64,000 nt of DNA from the IMG/VR virus record IMGVR_UViG_3300009151_000035, positions 83,554-147,553 of that record; one strand, 5' to 3'. How positions within the stretch are numbered: the first letter of the stretch is position 1; each line of letters opens with the position of its first letter. Position numbers and translations under genes: made by a program. Below, piece after piece: positions 27,228 to 37,317 of this stretch. Source of the DNA: a virus. Below the pieces are notes generated by a model. That model searched no databases. It was given only the letters and a program-made list of their open reading frames with translations, and was not told the origin of the DNA.

Positions 27228-28280
27228 ATGGGCAAACCATTTGATGTAAGCAAGTTCCGCAAGGAAATCACCAAAAGCATTGACGGACTTTCAATCGGCT
27301 TTAATGATCCAACAGACTGGATCTCCACAGGCAACTATGCCCTGAACTACTTGATCTCAGGCGACTTCAATCGTGGCATTCCACTGGGCAAAGTCACTGT
27401 ATTTGCCGGAGATTCAGGTGCGGGTAAAAGTTATATCTGCTCAGGTAATATTGTGAAGAACGCACAAGAGCAAGGTATCTTTGTGGTGCTGATTGACAGT
27501 GAAAACGCACTGGACGAAGACTGGCTCAAGGCACTTGGTGTGGATACAAGTGACAGCAAATTGCTAAAATTGAGCATGGCCATGATTGATGATGTGGCAA
27601 AGACTATCTCCACATTCATGAGTGACTACAAGGCCTTGCCAGATGGCGAGCGTCCCAAGGTTATGTTTGTGATTGACTCGTTGGGCATGTTGCTCACCCC
27701 CACAGACGTGAACCAATTTGATGCAGGCGAAATGAAGGGTGATCTAGGCCGTAAGCCCAAAGCTCTCACCGCCTTGGTGCGCAACTGTGTGAATATGTTT
27801 GGTTCATACAATGTGGGTTTGGTTTGTACCAACCACACATACGCAAGCCAGGATATGTTTGACCCAGATGATAAGATCTCAGGCGGTCAAGGTTTCATTT
27901 ACGCCAGCTCAATTGTTGTGGCTATGAAGAAGATGAAGCTGAAAGAGGACGAGGACGGCAACAAGATCACTGACGTGATGGGCATACGTGCTGGTTGCAA
28001 GGTCATGAAAACACGCTATGCCAAACCGTTTGAAGGTGTGCAAGTAAAGATCCCCTACACAACAGGCATGAGTCCGTACTCGGGACTTACTGACTTGATT
28101 GAGAAAAAAGGCCTGCTCAAGAAAGAAGGCAACAGCTTGGTATTCACCACAACCGAAGGCGAAATTATCAAGAAGTTCCGCAAAGGATGGGAACGTAACG
28201 ATGACAACTGCCTTGATACCGTAATGAAAGATTTTGCAAATATCAAGGAAGAAACAGTGTCAGACGCTGTTGAAGAATAA
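27228..28280 (+). CDS. uvsX: RecA-like recombinase UvsX
   Basis: ISTGN..LN, Walker A GDSGAGKS, DSENA, VIDSL, NHTY, SGG.G..YASS. Confidence 0.92.
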   Translation: MGKPFDVSKFRKEITKSIDGLSIGFNDPTDWISTGNYALNYLISGDFNRGIPLGKVTVFAGDSGAGKSYICSGNIVKNAQEQGIFVVLIDSENALDEDWLKALGVDTSDSKLLKLSMAMIDDVAKTISTFMSDYKALPDGERPKVMFVIDSLGMLLTPTDVNQFDAGEMKGDLGRKPKALTALVRNCVNMFGSYNVGLVCTNHTYASQDMFDPDDKISGGQGFIYASSIVVAMKKMKLKEDEDGNKITDVMGIRAGCKVMKTRYAKPFEGVQVKIPYTTGMSPYSGLTDLIEKKGLLKKEGNSLVFTTTEGEIIKKFRKGWERNDDNCLDTVMKDFANIKEETVSDAVEE

Positions 28281-29378
28281 TTGACTTATTGCTCTCAAAA
28301 GTTTTGGTGGCTTACGGTAGAACCCGAACGCCGCACAGTTGCCAGTTGCTGTGCAGCTACTCCGCAACGAGTAGATTCTACAACAACAGATTTGTTTAAT
28401 ATTGTTGAGTTTCAGCAAGACAGGCAAAACATGCTTGAGGGCAATCAAGTCAGCAGTTGCGAGGCAACTTGTTGGCAACCAGAAAGGCAAGGAAGACTTA
28501 GTAGACGATTGGTAATGCACAGTGATCAAGTAACGCATACTAATATTGAATGCATGCCAACTACATTGCATATTGTTCTTGGTAGTGATTGTAATCTAAC
28601 TTGCAGTTATTGTTGTAAACAGTATAGCACTGCTTGGTTGAGAGATATTGAAAATAATGGCGTATATTTTGATCAAGAAAGATTTCGAGTAAACATCAGT
28701 GACAAGGTTGTATCTAAATTAGGACAAAAAGCCATCAAAGGAAGTAAATCCTATTTAGGCATTTTAGATTCTGTTATGCAATACAAACATGCAGACACTA
28801 TTGAAATTACTGGCGGCGAACCTTTTTTATATAACGGGCTTGTTGATATTGTAAGTGGTTTTCGACGTTCAAATATTTTTACAGGACTGGGTGTTAGCCC
28901 GACAAGATTTCGAAGAATATTAGATCAGTTACCTCGCACAACCACGTTGACAGTGAGTGCAGAAAATATCGAAGCCTTGTATGAATTCAATCGGTATGGC
29001 AACTCATGGGATCAGTTCCAGGAAAATTTACAAACAATAAGAGAATTTGGATTTGACTATCAGTTTTGTAGTGTGATCAGCAACACCACCATTCAAGGAT
29101 TCAGACAATTTTTAGATTGGTCCGGAGATCGCAAAATTATAATTAACCCATGCAGTGATCCTGATTACCAAAGTGCATCAGTGCTAGATGACGAAACCAA
29201 AGAACTTGTAAATTCTTGTAAATATGACCGTTACGATGATATCGTAACACAGTGTATAAACGCAGCTACCAATGATTACCAAGTCACTCAGTTTAAACAA
29301 TATATAAAAGAATTTGCGAAAAGAAGAGCATTGTCATTTGATGCTTTTCCGCAAAGTTTTCAAAAGTGGATCAATTAG
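28281..29378 (+). CDS. radical SAM protein with N-terminal auxiliary Cys domain
   Basis: CNLTCSYC, TGGEP; YC...SCC...CEATC; TTG start. Confidence 0.88.
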   Translation: MTYCSQKFWWLTVEPERRTVASCCAATPQRVDSTTTDLFNIVEFQQDRQNMLEGNQVSSCEATCWQPERQGRLSRRLVMHSDQVTHTNIECMPTTLHIVLGSDCNLTCSYCCKQYSTAWLRDIENNGVYFDQERFRVNISDKVVSKLGQKAIKGSKSYLGILDSVMQYKHADTIEITGGEPFLYNGLVDIVSGFRRSNIFTGLGVSPTRFRRILDQLPRTTTLTVSAENIEALYEFNRYGNSWDQFQENLQTIREFGFDYQFCSVISNTTIQGFRQFLDWSGDRKIIINPCSDPDYQSASVLDDETKELVNSCKYDRYDDIVTQCINAATNDYQVTQFKQYIKEFAKRRALSFDAFPQSFQKWIN

Positions 29379-29390
29379 TAAAGGAAAAAT

Positions 29391-29648
29391 ATGGAAACAA
29401 TCGTAAGTGAAATCTGGAGCGAACTCAAGCGGTTTGTAAACACTGTTGATCGAGCCGAGGCGGCAGAGACTGTGGTGCAAATCTTAATGGACAATGATAG
29501 TGATGTAGAAGATATCCGCAACGCTTTCAAAGGTGATACTGATATCAAACGAGCACTCACAGCATATCTTGACAACGACAAAGACTATGCTGAAGACGAA
29601 GAAGATCCTGAAGAAGAGGATTACAACGAAGACGACTGGGAAAATTAA
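29391..29648 (+). CDS. small acidic hypothetical protein
   Basis: AAGGA RBS, acidic tail. Confidence 0.65.
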   Translation: METIVSEIWSELKRFVNTVDRAEAAETVVQILMDNDSDVEDIRNAFKGDTDIKRALTAYLDNDKDYAEDEEDPEEEDYNEDDWEN

Positions 29649-30100
29649 TGTGGTATAGTCGAGTAGTGGCTGGGCTTGATGCTATTCCAGATTTTATAGC
29701 ACACTACGAGCGTGAAATAACTGACGCTAAAAAAGACTGCCGCATTGCTGGCATTGTTGAAAAAAACATAACAGCACTCCCGGGTATTACTGAGTTTAGA
29801 TACAACCAGCTTCAAGAGATTGAAGCTGTGTTGAACTATCTCAACATCCAACTGCGCAAGATACGCAGAAAACACTTTCAAAAATACCTGGAAGGCTATG
29901 CCCGTGCGCTTACTTCACGAGATGCTGAAAAGTATGTGGATGGTGAGGACGAAGTGATTGACTACGAAACCATAATCAACGAAGTGGCATACTTGCGCAA
30001 TCGTTGGTTGGGCATCATGAAGGGTCTGGATACCAAGCAGTGGCAAATGGGTCACATTGTTCGTCTAAGAACTGCTGGCATGGAAGACATCCAGGTGTGA
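29648..30100 (+). CDS. uvsY: recombination mediator UvsY-like
   Basis: Helical 150 aa, KY.E.Y..., YVDGED, K.LD.K.WQ; near uvsX. Confidence 0.7.
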   Translation: MWYSRVVAGLDAIPDFIAHYEREITDAKKDCRIAGIVEKNITALPGITEFRYNQLQEIEAVLNYLNIQLRKIRRKHFQKYLEGYARALTSRDAEKYVDGEDEVIDYETIINEVAYLRNRWLGIMKGLDTKQWQMGHIVRLRTAGMEDIQV

Positions 30101-30300
30101 AACAAGACTATTTTGATTGGAAAAATCAACAGGCTGTAAACAATCAAGAACAACTTGAATTGCAATGGCAACAAGTTCGCAGCCAGTTGACTCTCGAAGA
30201 ATTGGCCTGGCAAAATGATCTAGAAGAAATACAACTTGTATTGTTGATTGTTCTAGTCGCAAGTTGGATTGCATACTGGTATTTTTCGGTACACTTGTAA
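30097..30300 (+). CDS. small membrane protein
   Basis: GTG overlapping uvsY stop; C-terminal hydrophobic helix. Confidence 0.4.
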   Translation: MKQDYFDWKNQQAVNNQEQLELQWQQVRSQLTLEELAWQNDLEEIQLVLLIVLVASWIAYWYFSVHL

Positions 30301-30320
30301 TTACAGTGATACATAACAGT

Positions 30321-31082
30321 ATGAAAATTGCACTTGTCACCGGCGGCTTTGACCCGCTACACTCCGGGCACATTGCCTATTTCAAAGCAGCACGCACACT
30401 GGGCGACATGCTGATTGTGGGTCTCAATTCGGATGAATGGCTCACACGCAAAAAAGGTCGGCCGTTTATGCCGTGGACAGAAAGATTGTGTGTGATAAAC
30501 AATCTTGCCATGGTAGATGAAGTTTACACCTTTGATGATTCAGACGGTTCTGCATGTCATTTTATACAGCAGATTCGAGCACACTATCCTGATGCTGACC
30601 TTGTGTTTGCCAATGGCGGCGATCGTACACACACAAACATTCCAGAGATGGATGTTAAAGATAGCAATTTAGAATTTGCATTTGGTGTAGGCGGATCCAA
30701 CAAAACAAATTCAAGCTCGTGGATTTTGGAAGATTGGAAAAAGCCTCGGACTCAACGAGCTTGGGGGTATTATCGTGTGCTACACGAAGTCGGCGCCAAC
30801 ACCAAGCTGAAAGAACTCACAGTCACACCTAAAACTTGCCTGAGCATGCAACGACATGACAAGCGAGCAGAGTTTTGGTTTGTGGCCGAAGGTGAAGCCA
30901 CAGTATACACACTGGATTCTAGTACCGATAGAGATGTTAAAGACCATCTTACTGTACATGAGTCATGTTGGATCAACCGTAACGAATGGCATCAACTGTG
31001 CAATGAAACTGATCGCCCACTTCGACTGATTGAAATACAGTTTGGCGAAGATTGTGTGGAAGAAGATATCGAACGCCTATGA
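30321..31082 (+). CDS. cytidylyltransferase (HxGH) fused to type II phosphomannose-isomerase cupin
   Basis: GGFDPLHSGH, LNSD.WL.RKKG, ANGGDR; R.WG.Y...LSMQRH..R.E.W...WH. Confidence 0.88.
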   Translation: MKIALVTGGFDPLHSGHIAYFKAARTLGDMLIVGLNSDEWLTRKKGRPFMPWTERLCVINNLAMVDEVYTFDDSDGSACHFIQQIRAHYPDADLVFANGGDRTHTNIPEMDVKDSNLEFAFGVGGSNKTNSSSWILEDWKKPRTQRAWGYYRVLHEVGANTKLKELTVTPKTCLSMQRHDKRAEFWFVAEGEATVYTLDSSTDRDVKDHLTVHESCWINRNEWHQLCNETDRPLRLIEIQFGEDCVEEDIERL

Positions 31083-31759
31083 AGCCAATTCCAATTTTCG
31101 TAGGGTATGATCCAAGAGAAGCCATTGCATATCATACCTGTGTAAATTCAATCATACGCAACAGCAGTCAACCTGTGGCCATTGTGCCTGTGGCACTAAA
31201 TTTGTTTCGAGACTACAGCGAAACACACACAGACGGAAGCAATCATTTTATCTACACACGATTCCTTGTGCCCCATCTCATGCAATACGAAGGCTGGGCA
31301 GTATTCATTGACGGCGATATGATTGTGCGTGGAGACATTGCAGAACTTTGGAACTTGAGGCAACTTGACAAAGATGTCATGGTAGTCAAACATAATTACA
31401 AAACCAGCCGGACCGAAAAGTACCTTGGCGCCAAAAACGAAGACTATCCATGCAAGAACTGGTCAAGTGTTATACTGTGGAATTGCAACAGCCATCCCAA
31501 TAGACGTCTCACACCAGAATTCGTGCAAAAGTCCACTGGCGCCGAACTGCATAGATTCACATGGCTAAAGGACGAACGCATAGGCGAATTGCCTCCAGAA
31601 TGGAATTGGTTGCCTGATGAATACGGGCCAAACCCCGCGGCCAAGCTCTTGCATTATACCTTGGGCACTCCATGCTTTCACGAGTTTGCTGATACACCAC
31701 AAGGCAACGAGTGGCACCGGGAACGCATGCTTACAGAATATTGTCAACAACGCATATGA
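31079..31759 (+). CDS. GT-A glycosyltransferase (GT8-like)
   Basis: FVGYDPRE, TRFLVP, FIDGDM, KNWSS, EWNWL, HYTLGTP. Confidence 0.8.
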   Translation: MKPIPIFVGYDPREAIAYHTCVNSIIRNSSQPVAIVPVALNLFRDYSETHTDGSNHFIYTRFLVPHLMQYEGWAVFIDGDMIVRGDIAELWNLRQLDKDVMVVKHNYKTSRTEKYLGAKNEDYPCKNWSSVILWNCNSHPNRRLTPEFVQKSTGAELHRFTWLKDERIGELPPEWNWLPDEYGPNPAAKLLHYTLGTPCFHEFADTPQGNEWHRERMLTEYCQQRI

Positions 31760-32517
31760 TTTTTTTAAGCAAAAATGGCAAGGATGAATACATTAACATG
31801 CTTGCGTATGGCTGTGGACAACAACCAGTCGCTGATTTTGATTATGATGCCAGTGACCAACCTATAGTTTTGCGTGGTATCTTAAAACACAAAATAATGA
31901 AACGCTGTTGGCACGACAAGCGAGATTTTTATTACGTAGACACTGGATACTTTGGCAACGGTCGATGGAAGCAATGGCATCGCATTGTAAAAAATAATTT
32001 GCAGTTGACAGAGATACAGAATAGCCCGGGAGACCGTTGGGAAAAACATGGACTCAAATTTCAACCATGGCGACAAGGCCGCAATATTGTGGTGGCTGCA
32101 CCTGATGAGAAACCTTGTAAATTTTATGAGATAGATCTCAATACTTGGATAGAACAAACAGTTGCCATAATTCGACAACATACTGACAGACCAGTAGTAG
32201 TAAGACAACGATCTCCCAAACGCATAGACAGAATAACCACAGATACCCTAGCACAAGCTCTAACAGATGCACATGCCTTGGTCACATTCAATTCTAATGC
32301 TGCAACCGAAAGTATATTATTAGGAGTTCCTGTATTTACTCTTGCTCCTAACGCTGCTGGACCAGTTGGATTGCAAGATCTATCGCAAATTGAAAAGCCG
32401 TATTATCCCGATCAGGATAAATTACATGCATGGGCCTGTCATTTAGCTTATGGACAGTTTCATAACGACGAACTTAGTGACGGCACAGCCGCTAGAATAT
32501 TATTTGAACATGACTAA
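31756..32517 (+). CDS. KpsC/KpsS-like GT-B glycosyltransferase
   Basis: DTGYF, TDRPVVVR, VTFNSNAATESILLGVPVF. Confidence 0.6.
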   Translation: MIFLSKNGKDEYINMLAYGCGQQPVADFDYDASDQPIVLRGILKHKIMKRCWHDKRDFYYVDTGYFGNGRWKQWHRIVKNNLQLTEIQNSPGDRWEKHGLKFQPWRQGRNIVVAAPDEKPCKFYEIDLNTWIEQTVAIIRQHTDRPVVVRQRSPKRIDRITTDTLAQALTDAHALVTFNSNAATESILLGVPVFTLAPNAAGPVGLQDLSQIEKPYYPDQDKLHAWACHLAYGQFHNDELSDGTAARILFEHD

Positions 32518-33271
32518 ATTTGCAGTAGTTACCAGTATGGATCATGCATATTATGAAAAATGCGGGCGTGCCTGCATCGAAAGTTTCAATCAGTATTGGC
32601 CCAACAGCATACCCTTGTATGTGTATGATGAAGGCATTCAAGATCGACCTAAACATAAAACGGTACACTATCAACCCTGGACAGATCTTGGAAAAGACTA
32701 TAAAGAGTTCATTGCAGGACCTTGGACCTCTAGAACTATCACTTTTGCTAAAAAAGCATTCAGTATCATGGCAGGTGCTCGGGATATAGATTGCGATAGG
32801 TTAATTTGGCTGGACGCTGATGTAGTTACACTACAAGAGATAAATCAACATCTTTTGGATTTGATTTCTCCCCCAGAGATATTGAGCACACATTATGGTG
32901 TGATGCATCCTTGGCCCAGCGACACTGATCAAACTAGATTTAGTTTTAGTTGCGAAACTGGTTTTTTTATATTGAATCGCCGACATGCCATGTTTGAGAC
33001 CATGATGAATCAATATCAAGATTGGTATGTGACCGGCAGAGGAAATGAGTTACGAAGATTTTATGATGGCGAAGTTTATGGAGCAGTAATCAAAGAAATG
33101 GAAAATCAAGGTGCTAGAGTTATGGAACTAAATCCGGAACAGCGACACAGAACACCTATTCCTCGCAGTGTAATGGCTCCTTATATCATGCACTACAAGG
33201 CTGGAGCGAAAGAACCTTTTAACAGCGAAATGCTGTTACAGCATCATGGCATCAGTAGCAGTATATCATAA
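32510..33271 (+). CDS. GT-A glycosyltransferase (DxD)
   Basis: FAKKAFSI, WLDADV, ETGF, HYK; paralog of 35648-36457. Confidence 0.7.
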   Translation: MTKFAVVTSMDHAYYEKCGRACIESFNQYWPNSIPLYVYDEGIQDRPKHKTVHYQPWTDLGKDYKEFIAGPWTSRTITFAKKAFSIMAGARDIDCDRLIWLDADVVTLQEINQHLLDLISPPEILSTHYGVMHPWPSDTDQTRFSFSCETGFFILNRRHAMFETMMNQYQDWYVTGRGNELRRFYDGEVYGAVIKEMENQGARVMELNPEQRHRTPIPRSVMAPYIMHYKAGAKEPFNSEMLLQHHGISSSIS

Positions 33272-34157
33272 GTCGGTTCCTTCAAGTAATAAAAATCTTG
33301 AGAAGCCTTTGATTTTGACCAACTTTTCTCAAGGTGTAAAAAGAACTGGCGATGTAGTAATTGATGTGCAAGGATATGAGTGTGTGTCAACAGATGTTGG
33401 CATGATACAAGGTTGGGTACACGCTCTAACAGATACTCCGCATTTGAAGTTGCGTCACTCAGCGATACTATCACATCGCAGCATTGTTGCAGCAGATAGC
33501 AATTTATTCTTGTACAAAAACAGTACCAACCCAGGAAATTATTTGCGATACAGCTTCAATGGTATTTTTCCTAATTCTGGAATTTACTGTGATGATCAAG
33601 TTGATCCTGCAAGATGGCAGCAAATACAACGCAATCTCAATCTTGCTGTAAAAGACTATAGGAAATCAGGACAACACATTTTGCTATGCTTACAACGTAA
33701 CGGTGGTTGGAGTATGGCCGGACTTGATGTAGTTGCGTGGACACTAGATACTATTAACACTTTAAGAAAACATACTTCTAGACCAATTGTGATTCGTGCT
33801 CATCCGGGAGATAAGTCAAGTAAGAATTATGTAAAACAATTGCAGGGACTTGTAAATGTAAATATCAGTGAACCGGGAAGAACCATTGAACAAGATTTAG
33901 TTGACTGTTGGGCAGTGATCAATTACAATTCCAGTTCCGTGGTTGGTGCTGCCATAGAAGGATATCCAGTATTTGTAACTGATCCTGTCCGTAGCCAATG
34001 CAAAGATATCGCCAACACTGATCTGGCCCAAATTGAAAATCCAGTATTGTATGACAGACAGTCTTGGTTGGAACGCATATCCATGTTCCACTGGAATTTT
34101 CAAGAACTCAGCAATGGTGCATGTTGGACACACATGCGAAAATGGATCAATAAGTAA
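33246..34157 (+). CDS. KpsC/KpsS-like GT-B glycosyltransferase
   Basis: LQ...WS, IRAHPGD, NSSSVVGAAIEGYPVF. Confidence 0.65.
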   Translation: MASVAVYHKSVPSSNKNLEKPLILTNFSQGVKRTGDVVIDVQGYECVSTDVGMIQGWVHALTDTPHLKLRHSAILSHRSIVAADSNLFLYKNSTNPGNYLRYSFNGIFPNSGIYCDDQVDPARWQQIQRNLNLAVKDYRKSGQHILLCLQRNGGWSMAGLDVVAWTLDTINTLRKHTSRPIVIRAHPGDKSSKNYVKQLQGLVNVNISEPGRTIEQDLVDCWAVINYNSSSVVGAAIEGYPVFVTDPVRSQCKDIANTDLAQIENPVLYDRQSWLERISMFHWNFQELSNGACWTHMRKWINK

Positions 34158-34161
34158 CAAC

Positions 34162-34833
34162 ATGACACATATAATTAACGATTTACAATTTCCGTTTGAA
34201 GACTACTTTCAGAAACATTCTGGAAATATTTTATTATTTGGCAAAGCTTCTAGAGATGTGGCACTGACCCATGTTAAAAATTATCGCACAGTTGTGGACA
34301 TTGGTGCTCACGTTGGTATCAGCGTTCATTGTTGGGCGCCACTGTTTGAACAAGTGATAGCATTTGAGCCAATGGTCGATCATTACGAGTGTCTGATGGA
34401 GAATACAAAGAAATTTTCAAATGTAACTGTACACAATTGTGCAATGTCAAATCAAAACGCCATGCTCAAAGGTGCGTATCGCACACTCAAGAATTCGGGT
34501 AGTTTTCAATTGGTAGACGACGAGTTTATTAGAACTAATCGTAAACAAACAACTATCTATAACATTCCTAGTCGCAGATTAGATGAGTTTGAATTAACTG
34601 ATGTTGACCTTATTAAAGTGGATGTGGAGGGCTGGGAGTTTGAAGTACTCAAAGGCGCCCAGGAAACAATAAGTCGTTGCCGTCCTACTTTAATGATCGA
34701 ATTCACTGGCGGCGGTGCTCGTAAAAGCATGACCAGTTACAATGTTGACGAATATCAAAAATTAATTGATGATCTTGGATACCATTCAGTAGCCAGTGTA
34801 GACGACGATACAATATACATTCCCAATGATTGA
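34162..34833 (+). CDS. FkbM-family SAM methyltransferase
   Basis: VDIGAHVG, AFEP, IKVDVEGWE..VLKGA, RP..MIE. Confidence 0.9.
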   Translation: MTHIINDLQFPFEDYFQKHSGNILLFGKASRDVALTHVKNYRTVVDIGAHVGISVHCWAPLFEQVIAFEPMVDHYECLMENTKKFSNVTVHNCAMSNQNAMLKGAYRTLKNSGSFQLVDDEFIRTNRKQTTIYNIPSRRLDEFELTDVDLIKVDVEGWEFEVLKGAQETISRCRPTLMIEFTGGGARKSMTSYNVDEYQKLIDDLGYHSVASVDDDTIYIPND

Positions 34834-35662
34834 TAGTTTTTTATATTACAATGAGCAAGATGTTTTTTTCTTGCGTGTGCAATATCTTAACAAGTTTGTT
34901 GACAAGTTTGTTATTGTAGAAACTGACACAACGTTTAGTTGCCAGCCGCATGTCGCACAGTTTGATGCAGTGTACAAACAACTACCTTCAGACATACAAA
35001 AAAAGATAGTGTACCACTATCTCAAAATTGACAAGAGTAAATTCCAGTCTGGCGATGAACATTACAAGGACAATAGTCGTTATGTTGAACGCGAAATGCG
35101 TCATCAGAAAGCTCGCATGATTCGTGCCGAAAGCAACAATGACTGGGTTATGGTAAGCGACCTTGATGAAATCTGGGATGTTCGCAAACTGGATGAAGCC
35201 AAGGCCTTGGTTGATCAGCATGGCAAAATGTTTTTTGCTCAAGACAATCGTACTGCTTTTATAGATTGGCGCATGGATTATGATCGCTGGCCTGGCACTA
35301 GATTCACAAGAGTAGACATCATGCCTGATCCTATACAAAAATTGTACATGAGTAAAAAGAAAACATGGGGTGCATTTAATAATGTGTACCTCGAAGCAGG
35401 TTGGCATCTTACACTGATGGGCAATGCCAAAATGAAAGCTGCACATATAGATAGTCTGCGCGAAGGACCGGGGTGGACAGACAAATTAAAAAAATCAAGC
35501 AGTGAAATTGCTCAAGGCATGCTGTCGGGGCATTATAACACCGTGATCAAAAAAGGTGGTATGCGAGCAACCAAAATAGGAGTTAATGACTTGGACCCAG
35601 ATCTGGTAGTATTGGCTAAGAAATTTCCAGATCTATGGAGCAACGATTTAACACCTATCTAA
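34826..35662 (+). CDS. GT17-like beta-1,4-GlcNAc transferase
   Basis: DSF.Y.NE.D...LR..L..VD.FVIVE...TF, SDLDEI, GWH. Confidence 0.75.
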   Translation: MIDSFLYYNEQDVFFLRVQYLNKFVDKFVIVETDTTFSCQPHVAQFDAVYKQLPSDIQKKIVYHYLKIDKSKFQSGDEHYKDNSRYVEREMRHQKARMIRAESNNDWVMVSDLDEIWDVRKLDEAKALVDQHGKMFFAQDNRTAFIDWRMDYDRWPGTRFTRVDIMPDPIQKLYMSKKKTWGAFNNVYLEAGWHLTLMGNAKMKAAHIDSLREGPGWTDKLKKSSSEIAQGMLSGHYNTVIKKGGMRATKIGVNDLDPDLVVLAKKFPDLWSNDLTPI

Positions 35663-36457
35663 GTTGGTCCAATAACTTTCTTGTCTAATTACTTTCAAAT
35701 CTTTGGGCTTGCTTCTGCCTAATGTTTTGCGATCACCTTTGAGATGGTCCAAGTATGCACCCCACTTTGAATTGATCAATGGATGACCTTCGCCTGTGAT
35801 TAGGTGGCTGCTCCAGTCCAACTCGTGTAAACTAGTCTGCCGACGAACAGCATCAAAAACAAAACTATCATGCCATTCGTCCAGTGTAAAAATACCTTGT
35901 TCGGCGTCATCGTAATACTTTTGAAATTTAGTTAAAAAATCTCTCGTGCCGGGTCTGCTAAGATTCATGGCATACAGTCCACATTCGGTATATTTGCTAC
36001 GCCGCCCTAAAAAACATAAATCACTTGTTTCTGGACACAGGTTTTCTAAATCTTTCACAGTTATAGGACTGTGGCATACAGTATCTGCATCCATCCAGAT
36101 CAACCAATCAGTATCAGCATGTTTGGCACAATGAAAAATGCTGTACACCTTGTGAGCAAAACGAACAGCGTCCCATTTGAATCCTTTGCCAGCATCCCGG
36201 CGTTTTGATCTAACTGGATCGCCACTTACATCGCCATTGGCTCGGGGAACGCCCTGCCACTGTTGTTTGAATGCAGTTAGTTGGTTGACCACGGCAATAT
36301 CACGTACTAGAAGATTAGGTGCAGTTTCGTTTACGCTACAGCCTTCTGCGTATACAACCAGATTAACTGGCCAGTTTTGCAAAAATGTTTGGATCATGCG
36401 CTGGCCGTACTTTGCATAACCATCTGCATTAAACGTGGTAATTACAGTGTATTTCAT
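35648..36457 (-). CDS. GT-A glycosyltransferase (DxD)
   Basis: RFAHKVYSI, WMDADT, ECG, EWHDS, DHLKG. Confidence 0.75.
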   Translation of the reverse strand: MKYTVITTFNADGYAKYGQRMIQTFLQNWPVNLVVYAEGCSVNETAPNLLVRDIAVVNQLTAFKQQWQGVPRANGDVSGDPVRSKRRDAGKGFKWDAVRFAHKVYSIFHCAKHADTDWLIWMDADTVCHSPITVKDLENLCPETSDLCFLGRRSKYTECGLYAMNLSRPGTRDFLTKFQKYYDDAEQGIFTLDEWHDSFVFDAVRRQTSLHELDWSSHLITGEGHPLINSKWGAYLDHLKGDRKTLGRSKPKDLKVIRQESYWTNLDRC

Positions 36458-36468
36458 CTCACATACTT

Positions 36469-37317
36469 ATGATCAATAACGTAGCCTATTTTCCTTCTCA
36501 ATGTGCTCAAAACAGCAGACCCGTAATGAGTGCAGTGCTGGATTATTTTCAAGCCCGCGGCATACAAACACAAGAGAATTCAATGCAATCGGATGCGGCT
36601 GTGATTTGGTCGGTGTTGTGGGCAGGCCGAATGGCGCCTAACCAAGAAGTATACAAGCACTATCGATCACAAGGCAAGCCAGTGGTCATAATTGAAGTAG
36701 GTGCGCTGTATCGCGGTAACACCTGGAAGATTGCAGTAAACAATATTACTGCACAAGGCTACTATGGCCACTTGGACAATTTAGACTGGGATCGACCTGC
36801 CAAACTAAAGATCAGTTTGGCCAAGCAAATTGGTAGCAAACCCAATATTGTGATTGCCGCACAACATGATCGCAGTCTACAGGTTACTGGTGTTGACATG
36901 ACTGACTGGGTCAATAACACAATTGGTATTCTTAGAAACAACACAGACCGTCCTATCACCATACGTCCGCATCCACGCTGTAGACTGTTGTTAAATAGCT
37001 TGCCGCCGGGTGTGATTATTGAATCACCGCAAAAGTTAGCCAACACATATGACAGTTATGACATGCACTTTGATTGTCATGCTGTAGTCAACCTCAATTC
37101 AGGTCCGGGCATACAGGCAGCCATAGCAGGGGTAAGACCAGTGGTAGAATTGACCAGTTTGGCATATCCTGTGGCGGTAGGGGTTAGTGACATCGAACAG
37201 CCTTATGAAAAAGACCGACAACTATGGCTCACACAGATTTGCCATACCGAATACACTGTAGAAGAATTGCAAAGAGGAACATGGCTAAAAAGAATAGAAC
37301 CCGCACTGACCAAATGA
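36469..37317 (+). CDS. KpsC/KpsS-like GT-B glycosyltransferase
   Basis: EVGAL.R, QHDRS, IRPHPR, NSGPGIQAAIAGV. Confidence 0.65.
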   Translation: MINNVAYFPSQCAQNSRPVMSAVLDYFQARGIQTQENSMQSDAAVIWSVLWAGRMAPNQEVYKHYRSQGKPVVIIEVGALYRGNTWKIAVNNITAQGYYGHLDNLDWDRPAKLKISLAKQIGSKPNIVIAAQHDRSLQVTGVDMTDWVNNTIGILRNNTDRPITIRPHPRCRLLLNSLPPGVIIESPQKLANTYDSYDMHFDCHAVVNLNSGPGIQAAIAGVRPVVELTSLAYPVAVGVSDIEQPYEKDRQLWLTQICHTEYTVEELQRGTWLKRIEPALTK

